From assembly GCA_041694815.1 (NCBI GenBank), contig JBGFSC010000025.1:8893-72892 (forward strand): 64,000 nucleotides of DNA. Reading direction: 5' to 3'. This document shows positions 33,854 to 43,062 of the stretch, one piece after another; within the stretch, counting starts at the first letter, position 1, and the number at the start of each line of letters is the position of its first letter. The notes under the pieces are model-generated. The model was given only the letters and a program-made list of their open reading frames with translations. It searched no databases and was not told the DNA's origin. The translations under genes were made by a program, and so were the position numbers. The stretch comes from Elusimicrobiota bacterium. Lineage in GTDB: Bacteria > Elusimicrobiota > Elusimicrobia > UBA1565 > JACRDR01.

Positions 33854-35536
33854 ATGACGGCCCGCGATTTAGGCGTCCATATCGCGCTGGCGGCCCTCTA
33901 CTTCGCGGCGGGCAAGCTTGGCTTAAGCCTAGCCTTCATCCATCCCAGCGCCACCGCTGTCTGGCCTCCGACGGGAATCGCGCTCGCGGCCCTGATCCTC
34001 ATGGGAAGGCGTTTCTGGCCGGGAATTTTCGCCGGCGCCTTCATCGTCAACGCCACGACGGCCGGCAACGCCGCCACCTCGCTGGGCATCGCCGCGGGAA
34101 ACACCCTCGAGGCCCTATTGGGCGCGGCCGTGATCGAACGCTTCGCCGGTGGAAGGGAGGCCTTCGATTCCCCGAGGCGCTTTTTCAACTTCGTTTTGGC
34201 CGGTACCGTTTGCCCGGTCATCAGCGCCACCATGGGAACCGGCAGCCTCTGGCTGGGCGGGTTCGTCCCTCACGCCGAATTCCTCTCCGTTTGGACCACC
34301 TGGTGGCTGGGCGACGTGTCGGGAGCGCTGCTCATCGCCCCGCTGATCATACTATGGGCCAATGAGCCAACACTCTCCTGGAGACCACTCCAATGGTTTG
34401 AAGCCGCCTTGATCCTGGCGGCGACAGGGGCGGTCGCTTGGATCGTGTTTTGGAACCCGCCCTTTTTTTCCTTGGCCTACCTGAGCGTCCCCATCCTGGT
34501 ATGGACCGCTTTTCGCTTCGGCAGGCGCGAAACGGCGGTCGTGCTCTGCCTGCTGCTCGGCCTGGCCCTAGGGGCGACGCTCAACGGACGCGGGCCATTC
34601 GCCGCGGACACGCCCCACCACTCGCTGCTGCGCCTGCAACTGTTCATGGCCATCATCGCCCTGACCAAGATGAGCCTGGCCATCATCATATGGCGGAACC
34701 TGCAGGTCGAGAACGCGCTGCGGCGGGCGCATGAAGAGCTCGAGGAACGCGTGAGGCAACGTACGCAGTCACTGCGGGAAAAATCGCTGGCACTGGAGCG
34801 CTCCAACCAGGACCTGCGCGAATTCGCCGCGGCCGCCTCGCATGACCTCCAGGAGCCCCTGCACAAGATCGCTAATTTCATCGAGCTTTTCCGCCAGAAA
34901 TACTCCGGGAGGATAGACGCGGAGGCCGACCAGATTATCGGCTACGTGGTTGATGGCGCCTCGAGGATGGAGCGCCTCATCCGGGACCTGCTAAACTATT
35001 CGCGGGTAGGGCAGGCCGAGCTGGCCATGGCTCCTGTAGACATGAACGAGGCCTTAGACCAAGCCGAATCGAGCCTCGAGATATCCATCCGCCAATGCGG
35101 CGGGCGGGTCACGCGCGATCTACTGCCTAAAGTGCTGGCCAACGAGACCCATATGGTACAGCTGTTCCAAAACCTCGTAGGGAACGCCATTAAGTTCCGG
35201 GCGGAGCAAGCGCCCCTCGTCCACGTTTCCGCGAGGCACAGAAACGGGGAATGGATATTCTCGGTGTCGGACAACGGGATCGGGATAGAGCCCAAATACG
35301 CCGAGCGCATCTTCGGCATATTCCAACGCCTGCACCCGCGCTCGCGCTATGGGGGCACAGGAATCGGCCTGGCCTTATGCCGCAAGATACTCGAGCGACA
35401 CGGTGGAAAAATCTGGGTGGAATCCGAGCCTGGGAAAGGCTCGACCTTCCGCTTTACCCTGCCTTTTTCGGGGTCTTCGCCGGCGGGCTCGCGGGCGCTT
35501 GCGCCGGCTTCGCCGTCTCCGGACGCTGGGCGATAG
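33854..35536 (+). CDS. MASE1-domain membrane sensor histidine kinase
   Basis: The N-terminal 300 aa are polytopic MASE1-like (AALYFAAGKLGLSLAFIHPSATAVWPPTGIALAALI...). H-box AAASHDLQEPLHKI and an HATPase (NLVGNAIKF, DNGIGI, GGTGIGLALC) are present. Confidence 0.85.
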   Translation: MTARDLGVHIALAALYFAAGKLGLSLAFIHPSATAVWPPTGIALAALILMGRRFWPGIFAGAFIVNATTAGNAATSLGIAAGNTLEALLGAAVIERFAGGREAFDSPRRFFNFVLAGTVCPVISATMGTGSLWLGGFVPHAEFLSVWTTWWLGDVSGALLIAPLIILWANEPTLSWRPLQWFEAALILAATGAVAWIVFWNPPFFSLAYLSVPILVWTAFRFGRRETAVVLCLLLGLALGATLNGRGPFAADTPHHSLLRLQLFMAIIALTKMSLAIIIWRNLQVENALRRAHEELEERVRQRTQSLREKSLALERSNQDLREFAAAASHDLQEPLHKIANFIELFRQKYSGRIDAEADQIIGYVVDGASRMERLIRDLLNYSRVGQAELAMAPVDMNEALDQAESSLEISIRQCGGRVTRDLLPKVLANETHMVQLFQNLVGNAIKFRAEQAPLVHVSARHRNGEWIFSVSDNGIGIEPKYAERIFGIFQRLHPRSRYGGTGIGLALCRKILERHGGKIWVESEPGKGSTFRFTLPFSGSSPAGSRALAPASPSPDAGR

Positions 35537-36128
35537 CATCGACGGTAAATTTGGCTCCCTTGACCTCACGATCGGAAACGCGCTCCAAGTACTTGCACGT
35601 CTCCACGTCGAGCCGTATGCGGTCTCCCTCCTCTATGAACTGGGGGACCATGACGGTAAAGCCGTTCTCGAGAACGGCTTCCTTAAGCGTCGAATCCGAG
35701 CCTCGAAGGCCGGCGCCGGTGCTCGAGACCGTCAGCTCGACGACCGGCGGAAAGAGCACGGATAGCGGTTTGTCCTCGTAGAATTCCAGCTCGCAGACGT
35801 CGTTTTCCTTCAGGAACGGAGCCGCCGGTCCCACGGCATGCTTCGGGATGATGATCTGATCGTAGGACTCGGGGTTCATGAAGCAGAAATTATCGCCGTC
35901 GCGGTAGAGCATCTGCATCTTGGTTCGCGTGACTGAGATGTCTTCGATCTTGTCCTCTGGATTCAGGCGTCGCTCGATTACGTGGCCGGTGGTCAGATTG
36001 CGCAGCTTGGCGTGTACCATTGAGCCGGCCTTGCCGCCGCCCGCGTGTACGAGCGATTCAACCACCTTGTACAATTCCTTCTCGAAACGGATCACGTTGC
36101 CCATCCTCAAAGTAGACGCTGCGATCAT
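35454..36128 (-). CDS. efp: Elongation factor P with a ~38-aa Pro/Ala/Lys-rich C-terminal extension
   Basis: GGAGG SD. The protein shows EF-P architecture, with the loop HAGGGKAGS carrying the conserved Lys and the C-terminal OB motif VMVPQFIEEGDRIRLDVETCKYLERV. An extra tail follows: SDREVKGAKFTVDAIAQRPETAKPAQAPASPPAKTPKKAG. Confidence 0.85.
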   Translation of the reverse strand: MIAASTLRMGNVIRFEKELYKVVESLVHAGGGKAGSMVHAKLRNLTTGHVIERRLNPEDKIEDISVTRTKMQMLYRDGDNFCFMNPESYDQIIIPKHAVGPAAPFLKENDVCELEFYEDKPLSVLFPPVVELTVSSTGAGLRGSDSTLKEAVLENGFTVMVPQFIEEGDRIRLDVETCKYLERVSDREVKGAKFTVDAIAQRPETAKPAQAPASPPAKTPKKAG

Positions 36129-36175
36129 AAGACCTCCAGTGGATGCCTGGCACCATTATAAAATATAACGCTTCG

Positions 36176-37246
36176 ATGACTCTTTACGGGCTGCTGCGGT
36201 ACTTCCTGAAACTCGGAGCCGTAGGCTTCGGGGGCCCCGTACCTCTCGTCGGCTACATGAAGCGCGACTTGGTGGATGAACGGCGCTGGTTCACCGAGGA
36301 CGATTTCAGGCAAGGGCTGGCCCTCTCTAAACTTTCGCCCGGGCCTTTAGCCACGCAGCTAGCGATGTACTTCGGATACGTCGCCGGCGGCGTGCGAGGA
36401 GCCACCGGTGTGGCGATCGCCTTCCTGCTGCCCTCGTTTTTGATCGTCCTGGCCCTGGCCAAGGTCTATACTGCCTACGGGGGATTGGCCTGGATGCGCG
36501 CCCTCTTCTACGGCGTCGGCGCCGCCCTCGTCGGAGTCATCGCCCGTTCAGCCTACCGCCTTACCACCACCGCCCTGGGAGGACGACGCCTATTGTGGGC
36601 GCTCTACGCGACAATGGCATTGAGCACGATCGTAACCCGAAGTGAACACATTATCCTGTTCGTGATGTGCGGGCTCGTTTCCCTGATGGCCTACGCCTCC
36701 CCGGGTTTTTCGGCTCGGCCACGCGAGGCGGCGCTGCCTTGGTTGATCCTTCTATACTTCGGGAAGGCGGGCTTCGTGGTCTTCGGCAGCGGATTAGCCA
36801 TCATTCCCTACCTTTACGGCGGCGTGGTCGAGCAATACGCCTGGCTTACCCCCGAGCAGTTCCGCGACGCGGTGGCCGTGGCCATGATCACCCCGGGACC
36901 AGCGCTCATTACCGTGGCCTTTATCGGTTACCTGGTCGCGGGGTTGTCCGGAGCACTGCTCGCCTCCCTCGGCGTGTTCTTGCCCGTCTATTTGATCGTG
37001 GTGCTTTTCGCTTCCTGGTTCAGGCGGCATGCGGAGCATCCCCGGCTCAAGGCTTTCGTCGACGGGGTGACCGCGGCGGCGCTGGGGGCGCTGGCGGGCG
37101 GCGTCGCGCTGCTAGCCCGGACTTCGTTGACGGACCCAAGCACCGTATTCATCTGCGCCCTAACGGTACTCGTATCGGCAAAAAGCAAATTGCCCGACCC
37201 TCTCCTCCTGGCGTTGGCCGGAGCGGCAGGATTGATTATTTATTAA
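36176..37246 (+). CDS. chrA: Chromate transporter (CHR family)
   Basis: FLKLGAVGFGGPVPLVGYMKRDLVDERRWFTEDDF...SKLSPGPLATQLA, and a second half with FGSGLAIIPYL...AMITPGPALI. The start could also be the ATG at 36143. Confidence 0.85.
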   Translation: MTLYGLLRYFLKLGAVGFGGPVPLVGYMKRDLVDERRWFTEDDFRQGLALSKLSPGPLATQLAMYFGYVAGGVRGATGVAIAFLLPSFLIVLALAKVYTAYGGLAWMRALFYGVGAALVGVIARSAYRLTTTALGGRRLLWALYATMALSTIVTRSEHIILFVMCGLVSLMAYASPGFSARPREAALPWLILLYFGKAGFVVFGSGLAIIPYLYGGVVEQYAWLTPEQFRDAVAVAMITPGPALITVAFIGYLVAGLSGALLASLGVFLPVYLIVVLFASWFRRHAEHPRLKAFVDGVTAAALGALAGGVALLARTSLTDPSTVFICALTVLVSAKSKLPDPLLLALAGAAGLIIY

Positions 37247-37262
37247 CGGAATTGCCCTTAAC

Positions 37263-38033
37263 TCAGGCGGGGGCCAGCCGCTCGAGCAGCTCCATGACCC
37301 TCGGCTCCCGCCCGCGCAGCACCCTTCTCAAGCGCTCATCGAGCGCCGCCCAACGGGCGTCGCCCGCCGGCCAGCCCGCCACCTTCCTGAGCCGGCGCAA
37401 TGTCGCGGGGTCTCCGAGGCTCTCCAGGGGAATGCGCGCCCATAGCTCGCGCGCGCGCTGAAAATCGCCGCGCTCGTAAAAGATGTTGCCCAGGTAGGAA
37501 AGCGCCTCGACATTGGCCGGATCGATGTCCAGCGCCCGGTACAGGATACGGATGGCGGCGGCGGCCCGGCCGAGGCGGTGATTGCAGACCCCGAGGCCTA
37601 TGAAAGCCCGCGCGCAGCCGGGCTGCCAACGGGCGGCCAAGGCGTGGCAGCGCGCGGCCTCCATCAGCAGTCCGTGCTTATAAACAGTTTGGCCCAAACG
37701 GTTGGCTAACTCCGAGCTGGGTTCCGTCCTCAAGGCCTGCCGAACGCAATCGACGGCCGCCTCGGCGCGTCCAAGGTTTAGATACGCCTCGGCCAGGCCG
37801 TGCAATAGATCACCGCCACCGCCGTGCCTGGCGTAGAGATCCTCCAGGATGGAGCAGGCCTCCGGATAATCCCCCATGTTGAGATGGCCCATCGCGGCCC
37901 CCAAAAGCAGGTCGCGGTCGCCGGGAAAACGAACGGCCCCTTCTTGAAAACAGCGCAAGGCTCGGGCAAAATCGCCGCGGCCGTAAAACGTCAAACCCTC
38001 CTCCTCGTACTGGTCGCTGGTCTTGCATTCCAT
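37263..38033 (-). CDS. TPR-repeat protein
   Basis: The GGGAGG SD precedes MECKT (ATG at 38033). Successive TPR units follow (FYGRGDFARALRCFQEG, GHLNMGDYPEACSILEDL, AYLNLGRAEAAVDCVRQALRTEP, GNIFYERGDFQRARELW). Confidence 0.8.
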   Translation of the reverse strand: MECKTSDQYEEEGLTFYGRGDFARALRCFQEGAVRFPGDRDLLLGAAMGHLNMGDYPEACSILEDLYARHGGGGDLLHGLAEAYLNLGRAEAAVDCVRQALRTEPSSELANRLGQTVYKHGLLMEAARCHALAARWQPGCARAFIGLGVCNHRLGRAAAAIRILYRALDIDPANVEALSYLGNIFYERGDFQRARELWARIPLESLGDPATLRRLRKVAGWPAGDARWAALDERLRRVLRGREPRVMELLERLAPA

Positions 38034-38206
38034 GGCGGCCTCCCGATGTTCGAGCGCCTTTTGGGCGCCTGTATCGACCTTTCTGTTGCTCAATTCTCTG
38101 GAAACAAAGACCCCGGTCCTGCATGCACGATAGCCGCACGGACTAGGGTCTGCTCGCTCCGGAATCAACCGTTCCGGCCCGACATCTTTAGTATGGCAGC
38201 AGCGCG

Positions 38207-39664
38207 CTACTTTGTCAAGGACTTCGGCGAGAGCCGAAATATGAGCGTTTGGGCGTCCTCGTGCACCACCGGATATCGACGGTAAAAGAAGGAAGCGATC
38301 GGCGATTTCCTATCCAGAAAAGGGCCCTTTTTCTCGGTGAACAGGAATTTCGCCCCGCGGGGAATGAGCTCCTCGACCTTGTACAGGCTGCCTTCTCCCA
38401 GCTCCTCGAGATCCCACGCCCAGCCGCGGCGCCCCAAATAAAACAGGGGGACCGAGGAGGCACGCTCGTTGCAGAAGAACAGGTCTCCGGGGGCGCTGAT
38501 GCGATCGGTGACGGGCTTGAGGGCCAAGAGATACGGGAAATTGATACGGTACCAATGCCCGATCCGGAAGGCGGCGTTGACCGGCATCGCGGCGACGAGC
38601 AGGAAAAGCAGCCAGCGGCGAGTATCCTTGTATCGCTCCAGTAGGCGGTCGAACCCCAAGCCTATGATCGCGGCGTTGACCGGGACCCAGGACAGGGCCG
38701 TATATTCGTGGTGGAAGGCGTAGCCCCCGCAGGCCAAAAGGCCCGCCAATACGCAGGCCCACCACGCCCCCAAAAACCAAGGCCCGGCCGCGACCAAGGT
38801 CCAGGCGCCAGCGGCAAAGAAAAGCGCGCCGGGATACGTCCAGCTGAGCTCGACCTGCCTGGAGAAGAGCTGATAGAAAAAGAAATAAGGGAGCCGCTCA
38901 TAATTGAGCAAGTTCCAATAAGCGCTGCCCTTGGTGGGCACGACATAGACGCCCAAGCTGGCGTACTTATACCAGGCGAATACCAGCAGCGGGACCACGA
39001 TCAAGAACGACCAAAATCCCGCCTGGCGCAGACAGGCCGGCCCTCTCCGGGCCCAAGCCAGCGCCGCCACGACGCCCAGCAGGTAAGCGTAGGGCAGCTT
39101 ATGGCCTATCGCTAATATCGCGGCGGCCGCGGCGACGGCCCACAACAAGGGTCCGTAGCCGGCGAGCCAGCGGTCGAAGGCCCACAAGCAAGAGACCACG
39201 CACAGCAAGGCGAAGGCCTCGGGCTGCACCGTCCTTCCGAAGAAAATCTCGACCGGCATTAGACCAAAGAAGATAGAAGCCCAAAAAGCCGCGCGGGTCG
39301 GCAGCCATCCCAAGGATGGGCCCGATTTCTCCAAAAAGCGGAAAAGAACGACGGCCGTCAGCGCCGAAAAAAAGGTGGATAGCAGCCGGCCCCAGATCTC
39401 GCGAAGCCCGAAGAGCGGCCAGAACAGGCCCACAAGCCACATATACACCGGCATCTCGGTGGCCGCGCGACCGCTGTCGGCGCCGCGCCAATCGATGCGC
39501 GGGCGCAGCAACGGCAGGCCATCCTCGTGGAAGTTTTTCGCGATCGCCGCCGTGTTCGCCTGCCGGTGGTAATGGTAATCCAGCACGGGGGCGGAGATAC
39601 CCTTGAGGTGGGGAACGACCGAGGCCAGCAGTATGGCGGCGTAGAGAAGCCATCGCTGCGGCAT
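38207..39664 (-). CDS. Polytopic membrane glycosyltransferase, GT39/ArnT-PMT-like
   Basis: About 12 predicted hydrophobic segments. The N-terminal loop HRQANTAAIAKNFHEDGLPLLRPRIDW is typical of ArnT/PMT_2-type enzymes. The start is taken at MPQRW (39664). Confidence 0.65.
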   Translation of the reverse strand: MPQRWLLYAAILLASVVPHLKGISAPVLDYHYHRQANTAAIAKNFHEDGLPLLRPRIDWRGADSGRAATEMPVYMWLVGLFWPLFGLREIWGRLLSTFFSALTAVVLFRFLEKSGPSLGWLPTRAAFWASIFFGLMPVEIFFGRTVQPEAFALLCVVSCLWAFDRWLAGYGPLLWAVAAAAAILAIGHKLPYAYLLGVVAALAWARRGPACLRQAGFWSFLIVVPLLVFAWYKYASLGVYVVPTKGSAYWNLLNYERLPYFFFYQLFSRQVELSWTYPGALFFAAGAWTLVAAGPWFLGAWWACVLAGLLACGGYAFHHEYTALSWVPVNAAIIGLGFDRLLERYKDTRRWLLFLLVAAMPVNAAFRIGHWYRINFPYLLALKPVTDRISAPGDLFFCNERASSVPLFYLGRRGWAWDLEELGEGSLYKVEELIPRGAKFLFTEKKGPFLDRKSPIASFFYRRYPVVHEDAQTLIFRLSPKSLTK

Positions 39665-39809
39665 GCGAAAGTTTCGCAATTTCTCCGGATAGGGTCAAGC
39701 CGGGCCGCCTTGACCCACCAGGTCAAAAATAACAGAATATCCAGGTTTTATGAGCACTTTTGAAATCGGCTCGCCCGAACATAAGCGCCTGCCAAGGAGA
39801 CAAAACCCG

Positions 39810-40478
39810 ATGATTCGATTAGGTCTGACCTTTCTGCTCGTCGCCCTGACTGCGCCCGTGAAGGCGCAGGAAGCCGAACCGAAAAGCGAGGATCAGAAGG
39901 TCTTCTACCTGCTGGGTGCCTCGTTGGGGCAGAACCTATCGATCTTCTCTCCATCGAGAGCGGAGCTCGGCTTCGTCAAGCAAGGGCTCGATGATTACAT
40001 CGAGGGCAAGAAGCTCAAGGTCGATCCCGCCGTCTATAATCCCAAGATACGGGCCCTGGCCGAGAAACGGCAGGCCTCGAAGGCTGCCGTGGAAAAAAAG
40101 AAGGGCGCCGAGTACGCCGCCGCGGCCGCCAAGGAGAAGGGCGCGGTGAAGGAGAAGTCGGGCCTGGTTTTCATCCCGCTCGTGGAGGGAAAAGGGAACA
40201 GCCCGAAGGCCAGCGACCGCGTGAAGGTCCATTACGAGGGCACGCTGGTCGATGGAACGGTTTTTGACAGCTCGGTCAAACGCGGCACGCCGGCCGAGTT
40301 TCCCTTAGGCGGCGTTATCCCGTGCTGGACCGAGGCGGTACAGAAGATGAAGCCCGGAGGGAAGGCGAAGCTGATCTGCCCTTCCTCGATCGCCTACGGG
40401 GACTCCGGCCGCCCGCCTCAGATTCCCGGCGGAGCGACCCTCGTATTCGAAGTGCAGCTGCTAGAAATCCTTAAGTAG
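39810..40478 (+). CDS. Periplasmic FKBP-type peptidyl-prolyl isomerase (FkpA/Mip-like)
   Basis: AAGGAGA SD. Signal peptide MIRLGLTFLLVALTAPVKAQ. The FKBP core is VKVHYEGTLVDGTVFDSS...FPLGGVIPCWTEAVQKMKPGGKAKLICPSSIAYG. Confidence 0.9.
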   Translation: MIRLGLTFLLVALTAPVKAQEAEPKSEDQKVFYLLGASLGQNLSIFSPSRAELGFVKQGLDDYIEGKKLKVDPAVYNPKIRALAEKRQASKAAVEKKKGAEYAAAAAKEKGAVKEKSGLVFIPLVEGKGNSPKASDRVKVHYEGTLVDGTVFDSSVKRGTPAEFPLGGVIPCWTEAVQKMKPGGKAKLICPSSIAYGDSGRPPQIPGGATLVFEVQLLEILK

Positions 40479-40592
40479 AATTCCAAAAACGGCGACTTTT
40501 ACGCGCCTCGGGCGCGTGACTCGCCGCGCTTCGCGCGACGAGTTCGAGGTTCCTCACGAGAATTCCGCGCTCAAAGCGCGCAGAAGCTGCCG

Positions 40593-41501
40593 TTAACCCA
40601 GCTGCTTGAGGGCTTCGATGCGCTTGTCAAGCGACGGATGGCTGGCGAAGAGCCGCGCGAGGATTCCCGGCGAGCCCCCGTTGATCTTAAAGCTCGCCAA
40701 GGCGGCCTGCCGGTTGTCGACGACGTCCTTGTATTCCTTCAAGGACTCCAGGGCGTGGATCATGACCGGGGCACCCAGCATGGAGGCCGAGCCGCGATCG
40801 GCGCGGTACTCGCGCACGCGCGAGAAATAATAGACCATGGGGGCTGCCAGCAGCATGAAGACGGTCTCGAAAAGCGAGATCAGCATGTACTGGGCGAAAT
40901 AACCCAGCCCCCCGCCTCGCCCTTCCTGGTCGCGGCTGCGCAGCATGTTGTCGATGGCGAAGGTGGCCACGCGGGCCGCGAAAATCACGAAGGTATTGAC
41001 CACGCCCTGGATCAATGTCATCGTCACCATGTCTCCATTGGCGATATGGGAGACCTCGTGGCCGAGCACGCCTTCCACGGCGCGCCGGTCCATGGCGCGC
41101 AGAAGCCCGTCGGAAACGGCAAGCAGCGAACGGCTGCGGCTCGGGCCAGTGGCGAAAGCGTTGACCTCGGGGCTATGGTAGATCCCTATCTCGGGAAGCT
41201 TCGAGAGCCCCGCGCGGCGGCAGAGATCGGAGACCGTCGCCACCAGGAACTCCTCCTCGACTCCCCGCGGACGCTCGGGGTCGATGAGCTCCACCCCCAT
41301 CATCTGCTTGGCCGTCCAGCGGGAGAGCTGCAGGGAGATGAAGGCGCCCGTGAAGCCGAAAACGGCGCACATCACCAGCAGGGCTCCGTAATCGATCCCC
41401 TGGGCGCTCAGGTAGGGCCGCAGGCCCAGGAGATGGACCACGAGATTAATGGTCAGGATGACCAGCAGGTTGACGGCGATAAACAGGAATATCCTTTTCA
41501 T
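40593..41501 (-). CDS. htpX: Zinc metalloprotease HtpX (M48)
   Basis: GGAGGAGA SD. The N-terminus MKRIFLFIAVNLLVILT, the HEVSH zinc motif and four TM segments are present. Confidence 0.9.
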   Translation of the reverse strand: MKRIFLFIAVNLLVILTINLVVHLLGLRPYLSAQGIDYGALLVMCAVFGFTGAFISLQLSRWTAKQMMGVELIDPERPRGVEEEFLVATVSDLCRRAGLSKLPEIGIYHSPEVNAFATGPSRSRSLLAVSDGLLRAMDRRAVEGVLGHEVSHIANGDMVTMTLIQGVVNTFVIFAARVATFAIDNMLRSRDQEGRGGGLGYFAQYMLISLFETVFMLLAAPMVYYFSRVREYRADRGSASMLGAPVMIHALESLKEYKDVVDNRQAALASFKINGGSPGILARLFASHPSLDKRIEALKQLG

Positions 41502-41555
41502 GTCTCCTCCGGTGTGATTACATTGTAGAAAAAACGGCCTCGCCCGTCGAGTCGT

Positions 41556-41584
41556 TTGCAATTTGGCGGCGGCGGGGCTACACT
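41556..41584 (+). promoter_or_regulatory. Sigma70-type promoter placed for a leaderless transcript
   Basis: TTGCAA - 17 nt - TACACT, then 6 nt (ggggcc) before the ATG at 41591. Confidence 0.5.
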
Positions 41585-41590
41585 GGGGCC

Positions 41591-42436
41591 ATGGGCTTAA
41601 GCGAGTCAGAGATCCGCTCCCTGATCAGCCTCTTGGACGAGGAAAATCCGCAGGTGGCGGCCGCCGTACGCAGCCGGGTGCTGGATCTCGGGGAGGAGGC
41701 TATTCCCTATCTCGAGGAGGCGCACGACCGATGGGGACCCCGCATGCGTCATACCCTCGACGGCCTACTTTCCGAGATTCGATTCCAAGACCTCGCCGCT
41801 CGTTTTAAAAGGATGGCGGCCGCCGCGCAGCCGGACTTGGAGACCGGGGCCTTCCTGGTCGCCCGGCTGGGCCGGCCCACGCTCGAGGAGTCGCGCTACC
41901 GCCGCTGGTGCGATGCCGCCGCCGCGACCGTCGGAACCGAGGGCCCCATCGAGTCGGTGCTCCACCGGCTCAACGAACGGCTCTTCGTCGACCTTCGATT
42001 TCGTGGCAATACCGCCAACTTCTACGATCCCGCCAACAGCTTCATCGACCAGGTCATCGACACGAGGCTGGGGATTCCGATTAGCCTGTCGGTGCTCTAC
42101 CTGCTCGTCGCCCGCCGCCTGGGCCTGCCGCTGGAAGGCGCCGGTCTGCCCGGGCATTTCATGGTGCGTTGCGAGGTCTCGGGGACCCCGCTCTTTATCG
42201 ATGTATTCCATCAGGGCCGATTCCTGACCCCCGCGGAATGCCGCCAATTCCTGCTGCGCTCCGGCTACGAGTTCCGGGAGGAATTCCTACAGCCGACCCC
42301 GTCGAGGGAAATCCTGGCTCGGATGCTGCGCAACTTGATCTCCATCTACCAGAAGAGCGGGCGCGGCGCGAAAGCCGAGCAGGCCTCGAGCCTGGTCGAG
42401 ATATTGCTGACCGGTGGCGCCGCCTCCGGCGCATAA
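41591..42436 (+). CDS. Transglutaminase-like/TPR protein of the SirB1 (YchA) type
   Basis: FYDPANSFIDQVIDTRLGIPISLSVLYLLVARRLGLPLEGAGLPGHFMV, followed by a C-terminal TPR-like region. Confidence 0.7.
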   Translation: MGLSESEIRSLISLLDEENPQVAAAVRSRVLDLGEEAIPYLEEAHDRWGPRMRHTLDGLLSEIRFQDLAARFKRMAAAAQPDLETGAFLVARLGRPTLEESRYRRWCDAAAATVGTEGPIESVLHRLNERLFVDLRFRGNTANFYDPANSFIDQVIDTRLGIPISLSVLYLLVARRLGLPLEGAGLPGHFMVRCEVSGTPLFIDVFHQGRFLTPAECRQFLLRSGYEFREEFLQPTPSREILARMLRNLISIYQKSGRGAKAEQASSLVEILLTGGAASGA

Positions 42437-42441
42437 CGAAG

Positions 42442-43062
42442 GTGGTCCATGGGGCTATATTTCTCTACGGCCTGCTGGCGCTGCTGCTGGGAGGCTGCTC
42501 GTTGAAGCCCTACGCGCCCGCCGAGGAGAAGATGGTCGACATCCGCGAAGTCCGGCCGGACATTCTCATCGACATTCGCTACGCCACTCCGGATAATTTC
42601 ACGAAACAGGCGCTCTATCCGGCCAACCGCTGCATGCTGCGCGAAAGCGTCGCCGGGCATCTCGCAAGGGTGCAGGAGGAGCTCACCGCCGCCGGACTAG
42701 GGCTGAAGGTGTGGGACTGCTACCGGCCGCTCTCGATCCAGAAAAAATTATGGGACCTGGTGCGCGATCCGCGCTACGTCGCCGATCCCAAAAAGGGCTC
42801 GCGGCACAACCGGGGCGCGGCCGTCGACGTCACCCTGGTGGACGCCTCAGGCCGCGAACTGGAGATGCCCTCGGCCTATGACGATTTTTCTCCCCGGGCC
42901 CATCGAGATGGGGCCTTGGCGACGCCCGCCGCCCGCGAGAACAGCCGGCGGCTGGAGCAGGCGATGGTCCGGCACGGATTCGTAGGTCTCGAAAGCGAAT
43001 GGTGGCATTTCGACGCGGTCGACTGGCGGCGTTTCCCCTTGTCCGACGTCCCCGTCCCATGA
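42442..43062 (+). CDS. ddpX: D-alanyl-D-alanine dipeptidase (VanX/DdpX, M15D), lipoprotein-like N-terminus
   Basis: DIRYATPDNF, SRHNRGAAVDVTL and EWWHFD motifs. LLLGGC is a lipobox-like sequence. The GTG start is uncertain. Confidence 0.8.
   Translation: MVHGAIFLYGLLALLLGGCSLKPYAPAEEKMVDIREVRPDILIDIRYATPDNFTKQALYPANRCMLRESVAGHLARVQEELTAAGLGLKVWDCYRPLSIQKKLWDLVRDPRYVADPKKGSRHNRGAAVDVTLVDASGRELEMPSAYDDFSPRAHRDGALATPAARENSRRLEQAMVRHGFVGLESEWWHFDAVDWRRFPLSDVPVP

Noticed and set aside
36143-36175. An upstream ATG for chrA
   Set aside because: That start would leave only 14 nt to the divergent efp start. The ATG at 36176 gives the usual ChrA N-terminus. The choice remains ambiguous and is noted in the feature.
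40501-40584. Three GC-rich hairpins between the FKBP gene and htpX as bidirectional terminators
   Set aside because: The stems are real (ACGCGCC-tcg-GGCGCGT; CGCGCT-caa-AGCGCG), but none is followed by a U-tract on the relevant strand. They were left unannotated.
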